Source: Squalus acanthias
Taxonomy: Eukaryota
Length of the DNA stretch: 64,000 bases
Reading direction: 5' to 3'
Assembly: GCA_030390025.1 (NCBI GenBank)
Contig: JASTWF010000034.1
Span: 372,001 to 436,000 of the forward strand
Shown here piece by piece: positions 59,901-64,000 of this stretch. Under the pieces are notes generated by a model. That model was given only the letters and a program-made list of their open reading frames with translations, did not search any database and was not told the DNA's origin. Numbering within the stretch: position 1 is the first letter of the stretch; the number at the start of each line of letters is the position of its first letter. The position numbers were made by a program, and so were the translations under genes.

Positions 59901-62900
59901 CTGTCTCTTCAAAAAGCCTGTGTGACTGGTCCTGTCTCTTTAAAAGCCTGTGTGACTGGTCCTGTCTCTTTAAAAAGCCTGTGTGAATGGTCCTGTCTCA
60001 TTAGAAAGCCTGTGTGACTGATCCTGGCTCTTTAGAAAGCCTGTGTGACTGGTCCTGGCTCGTTAGAAAGCCTGTGTGAATGATCGTGTCTCTTTAGAAA
60101 GCCTGTGTGACTGGTCCTGTCTCTTTAAAAAGCCTGTGTGAGTGGTCCTGTCAATTTAGAAAGCCTGTGTGACTGGTCCTGTCCCTTTAAAAAGCATGTG
60201 TGAGTGGTTCTGTCAGTTTAGAAAGCCTGTGTGACTGGTCCTGTCTCTTCAAAAAGCCTGTGTGACTGGTCCTGTCTCTTTTATAAGCATGTGTGACTGG
60301 TCCTGTCTCTTTAAAAGGCCTGTGTGAATGGTCCTGTATCATTAGAAAGCCTGTGTGACTGGTCCTGGCTATTTAAAAAGCCAGTGTGAGTGGCCCTGTC
60401 TCTTTAGAAAGCCTGTGTGACTGGTCATGTCTCTTTAAAAAGCCTGTGTGACTGGTCCTGTCTCTTTAAAAAGCCTGTGTGAGTGGTCCTGTCAATTTAG
60501 AAAGCCTGTGTGACTGGTCCTGTCCCTTTAAAAAGCATGTGTGAGTGGTTCTGTCAGTTTAGAAAGCCTGTGTGACTGCTCCTGTCTCTTCAAAAAGCCT
60601 GTGTGACTGGTCCTGTCTCTTTTATAAGCATGTGTGACTGGTCCTGTCTCTTTAAAAGGCCTGTGTGAATGGTCCTGTATCATTAGAAAGCCTGTGTGAC
60701 TGGTCCTGGCACTTTAGAAAGCCTGTGTGACTGGTCCTGGGTCTTTAGAAAGCCTGTGTCAATGTTCCTGTCTCTTTAGAAAGCCTGTGTGACTGGTCCT
60801 GTCTCTTTAGAAAGCCTGTGTGAATGGTTCTGTCTTTTTAGAAAGCCTGCGTGACTGGGTCTGTCTCTTTAGAAAGCCTGTGTGAATGGTTCTGTCTTTT
60901 TAGAAAGCCTGCGTGACTGAGCCTTGCTCTTTAAAAAGACAGTGCGACTGGTCCTGTCTCTTTAAAAAGCCTGTGTAGTTGGTCCAGTCTCTCTAAAAAG
61001 CCTGTGTGACTGGTCCTGTCTCTTTAAAAAGCCTGTGTGACTGGTCCTGTCTCTTTAAAAAGCCTGTGTGACTGGTCCTGTCTCTCTAAAAAGCCTGTGT
61101 GACTGGTCCTGTCTCTTTAAAAAGCCTGTGTGACTGGTCCTGTCTCTTTAGAAAGCCTGCGTGACTGCTCCTGTCTCTTTAAAAAGCACGTGTGAATTGT
61201 CCTGTCTCTTCAAAAAGCCTGTGTGACTGGTCCTGTCTCTTTAAAAAGCCTGTGTGACTGGTCCTGTCTCTTTAAAAAGCCTGTGTGACTGGTCCTGTCT
61301 CTCTAAAAAGCCGTTGTGACTGGTCCTGTCTCTCTAAAAAGCCTGTGTGACTGGTCCTGTCTCTTTAAAAAGCCTGTGTGACTGGTCCTGTCTCTTTAAA
61401 AAGCCTGTGTGACTCGTCCTGACTCTTTAAAACGCTTGTGTGACTGCTCCTGTCTCTTTAAAAAGCCTGTGTGACTGGCCCTGTCTCTCTAAAATGCCTG
61501 TGTGACTGGTCCTGTCTCTTTAAAAAGCCTGTGTGGTTGGACCTGTCTCTTTAAAAAGCCTGTGTGACAGTTCCTGTCTCTCTAAAATGCCTGCGTGACT
61601 GGTCCTGTCTCTTTAAAAAGCCTGTGTGACGGGCTCTGTCTCTCTAAAAAGCCTGTGTGACTGGTGCTGTCTCTTTAAAAAGCCTGTGTGACTGATCCTG
61701 TCTCTTTAAAAAGCCTGTGTGACTGGTCCTGTCTCTTTAAAAAGCCTGTGTGTCTGGTCCAGTCTCTTTAAAAAGCCTGTGCGACTGGCCCTGTCTCTTT
61801 AAAAAGCCTGTGTGACTGGTCCTGTCTCTCTAAAAAGCCGTTGTGACAGGACCTGTCTCTTTAAAAAGCCTGTGTGACTGGTCCTGTCTCTTTAAAAAGC
61901 CTGTGTGGCTCGTCCTGTCTCTTTAAAAAGCCTGCGTGAATGGTCCTGTCTCTTTAAAAAGCCTGTGTGACTGATCCTGTATCTTGAAAAAGCCTGGGTG
62001 ACTGGTCCTATCTCTTCAAAAGCCTGTGTGACTGGTCCTGTCTCTTCAAAAAGCCTGTGTGAATGTTCCTGTCTCTTCAAAAGCCTGTGTGACTGGACCT
62101 GTCTCTATAAAAAGCCTGTGTGACTGGTCCTGGCTCTTTAGAAAGCCTGTGTGAATGTTCCTGTCTCTTTAGAAAGCCTGTGTGACTTGTCCTGGCTCTT
62201 TAGAAAGCCTATGTGAGTGGTTCTGTCTCTTTAGAAAGCCAGCGTGACTGATCCTTGCTTTTTAAAAAGCCTGTGTGACTGGTCCTGTCTCTTTAAAAAG
62301 CCTGTGTGACTGGTCCTGTCTCTTTAAAAGCCTGTGTGAAATATCCTGTCTCTTTAAAAAGCCTGTGTGACTGTTCCTGTCTCTTCAAAAAGCCTGTGTG
62401 ACTGGTCTTGTCAATTTAGAAAGCCTGTGTGACTGGACCTGTCTCTTCAAAAAGCCCGTGTGACCGGTCCTGTCTCTTTAAAAAGCCTGTGTGAGTGGCC
62501 CTGTCTCTTTAGAAAGCCTGTGTGAGTGGTCCTGTCTCTTTAGAAAGCCTGTGTGACTGGACCTGTCTCTTTAAAAAGCCTGTGTGAGTGGTTCTGTCAG
62601 TTTAGAAAGCCTGTGTGACTGGTCCTGTCTCTTAAAAGCCTGTGTGACTGGTCCTGTCTCTTCAAAAAGCCTGTGTGACTGGTCCTGTCTCTTTAAAAGG
62701 CCTGTGTGAATGGTCCTGTATCATTAGAAAGCCTGTGTGACTGATCCTGGCTCTTTAGAAAGCCTGTGTGACTGGTCCTGGCTCGTTAGAAAGCCTGTGT
62801 GAATGATCGTGTCTCTTTAGAAAGCTTGTGTGACTGGTCCTGTCTCTTTAAAAAGCCTGTGTGACTGGTCCTGGCACTTTAGAAAGCCTGTGTGACTGGT

Positions 62901-64000
62901 CCTGGGTCTTTAGAAAGCCTGTGTCAATGTTCCTGTCTCTTTAGAAAGCCTGTGTGACTGGTCCTGTCTCTTTAGAAAGCCTGTGTGAATGGTTCTGTCT
63001 TTTTAGAAAGCCTGCGTGACTGGGTCTGTCTCTTTAGAAAGCCTGTGTGAATGGTTCTGTCTTTTTAGAAAGCCTGCGTGACTGAGCCTTGCTCTTTAAA
63101 AAGACAGTGCGACTGGTCCTGTCTCTTTAAAAAGCCTGTGTAGTTGGTCCAGTCTCTCTAAAAAGCCTGTGTGACTGGTCCTGTCTCTTTAAAAAGCCTG
63201 TGTGACTGGTCCTGTCTCTTTAAAAAGCCTGTGTGACTGGTCCTGTCTCTCTAAAAAGCCTGTGTGACTGGTCCTGTCTCTTTAAAAAGCCTGTGTGACT
63301 GGTCCTGTCTCTTTAGAAAGCCTGTGTGACTGTCCTGTCTCTTTAAAAAGCCTGTGTGACTGATCCTGTCTCTTCAAAAAGCCTGTGTGACTGGTCCTGT
63401 CTCTTAAAAAGCCTGTGTGACTGGTCCTGTCTCTTTAAAAAGCTAGTGTGACTGTCCTGTCTCTTTAAAAAGCCTGTGTGAGTGGTCCTGTCTCTTTAGA
63501 AAGCCTGTGTGACTGGTCCTGTCTCTTTAAAAAGCCTGTGTGACTGGCCCTGTCTCTTTAGAAAGCCTGTGTGACTGGTCCTGTCTCTTTAGAAAGCCTG
63601 TGTGACTGGTCCTGTCTCTTTAAAAAGCCTGTGTGACTGGTCCTGTCTCTTCAAAAAGCCTGTGTGACTGTCCTGTCTCTTTGAAAAGCCTGTGTGACTG
63701 GTCCTGTCTCTTTAAAAAGCCTGTGTGACTGGTCCTGTCTCTTTAAAAAGCCTGTGTGACTGGTCCTGTTTCTTCAAAAAGCCTGTGTGACTCTTCCTGT
63801 CTCTTCGAAAAGCCCGTGTGACTGGTATGTCTCTTTAAAAAGCTTGTGTGACTGGTCCTGTCTCTTTGAAAAGCCTGTGTGAATGGTCCTGTCTCTTTGA
63901 AAAGCCTGTGTGACTGGTCCTGTCTCTTTAAAAAACCGTTGTGACTGGACCTGTCTCTTTAAAAAGCCGTTGTGACTGGTCCTGCCTCTTCACAAAGCCT
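44930..64000. repeat. 31-bp satellite (AAAAAGCCTGTGTGACTGGTCCTGTCTCTTT), more than 17 kb, running off the window
   Basis: Continuous periodicity, interrupted only by the CR1 at 50722-52787. Confidence 0.97.
50722..52787 (-). mobile_element. Young 5'-truncated CR1 LINE with an uninterrupted ORF2 remainder (50822-52777, RT domain) and a (TATCTATG)n tail
   Basis: 651 open codons containing KSPGPD, NYRPVSLTS, YLDFQKAFDKV, GVPQGSVLGP and FADDTKL. 8-bp tail repeats at 50722-50745. CTCCT at 50717-50721 and 52788-52792 as probable TSD. Confidence 0.96.

Noticed and set aside
8448..64000. CRISPR-like interpretation of the roughly 30-bp repeat arrays
   Set aside because: Units are head-to-tail with no unique spacers, there are no cas genes, and the context is vertebrate.

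Overview
Repeat-dominated vertebrate genomic DNA, most likely from a cartilaginous fish; this is inferred from the CR1 LINE tails, the Deu-domain tRNA-SINEs and a GPR139-like receptor. About two thirds of the window is tandem repeat: 67-, 86-, 30-, 31-, 30-34-, 27-, 54-, 51- and 31-bp units, two arrays with higher-order duplications. These are interleaved with CR1, RTE and CR1/L2-like LINE fragments, SINEs and a deleted PIF/Harbinger transposon. Two host genes can be read. (1) An unprocessed PEX5 pseudogene fragment that the ORF track does not show: three consecutive exons of 36, 133 and 132 nt at 2875-3647 (+), with six in-frame stops. (2) A two-exon class A GPCR of the GPR139/GPR142-like group on the minus strand: exon 1 ends at 40081 and exon 2 is 35903-35002. 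Its intron carries the Harbinger element, and its 3' end abuts a 5.2-kb CpG-rich array of YY1 consensus motifs. A young 5'-truncated CR1 with an intact 651-codon ORF sits inside the 19-kb terminal satellite. Most long ORFs in the track are artefacts of repeat units divisible by three. I see no convincing novel multi-gene system; the best leads are the YY1-motif array, the PEX5 relic and the GPCR/Harbinger junction. Repeat boundaries are approximate.
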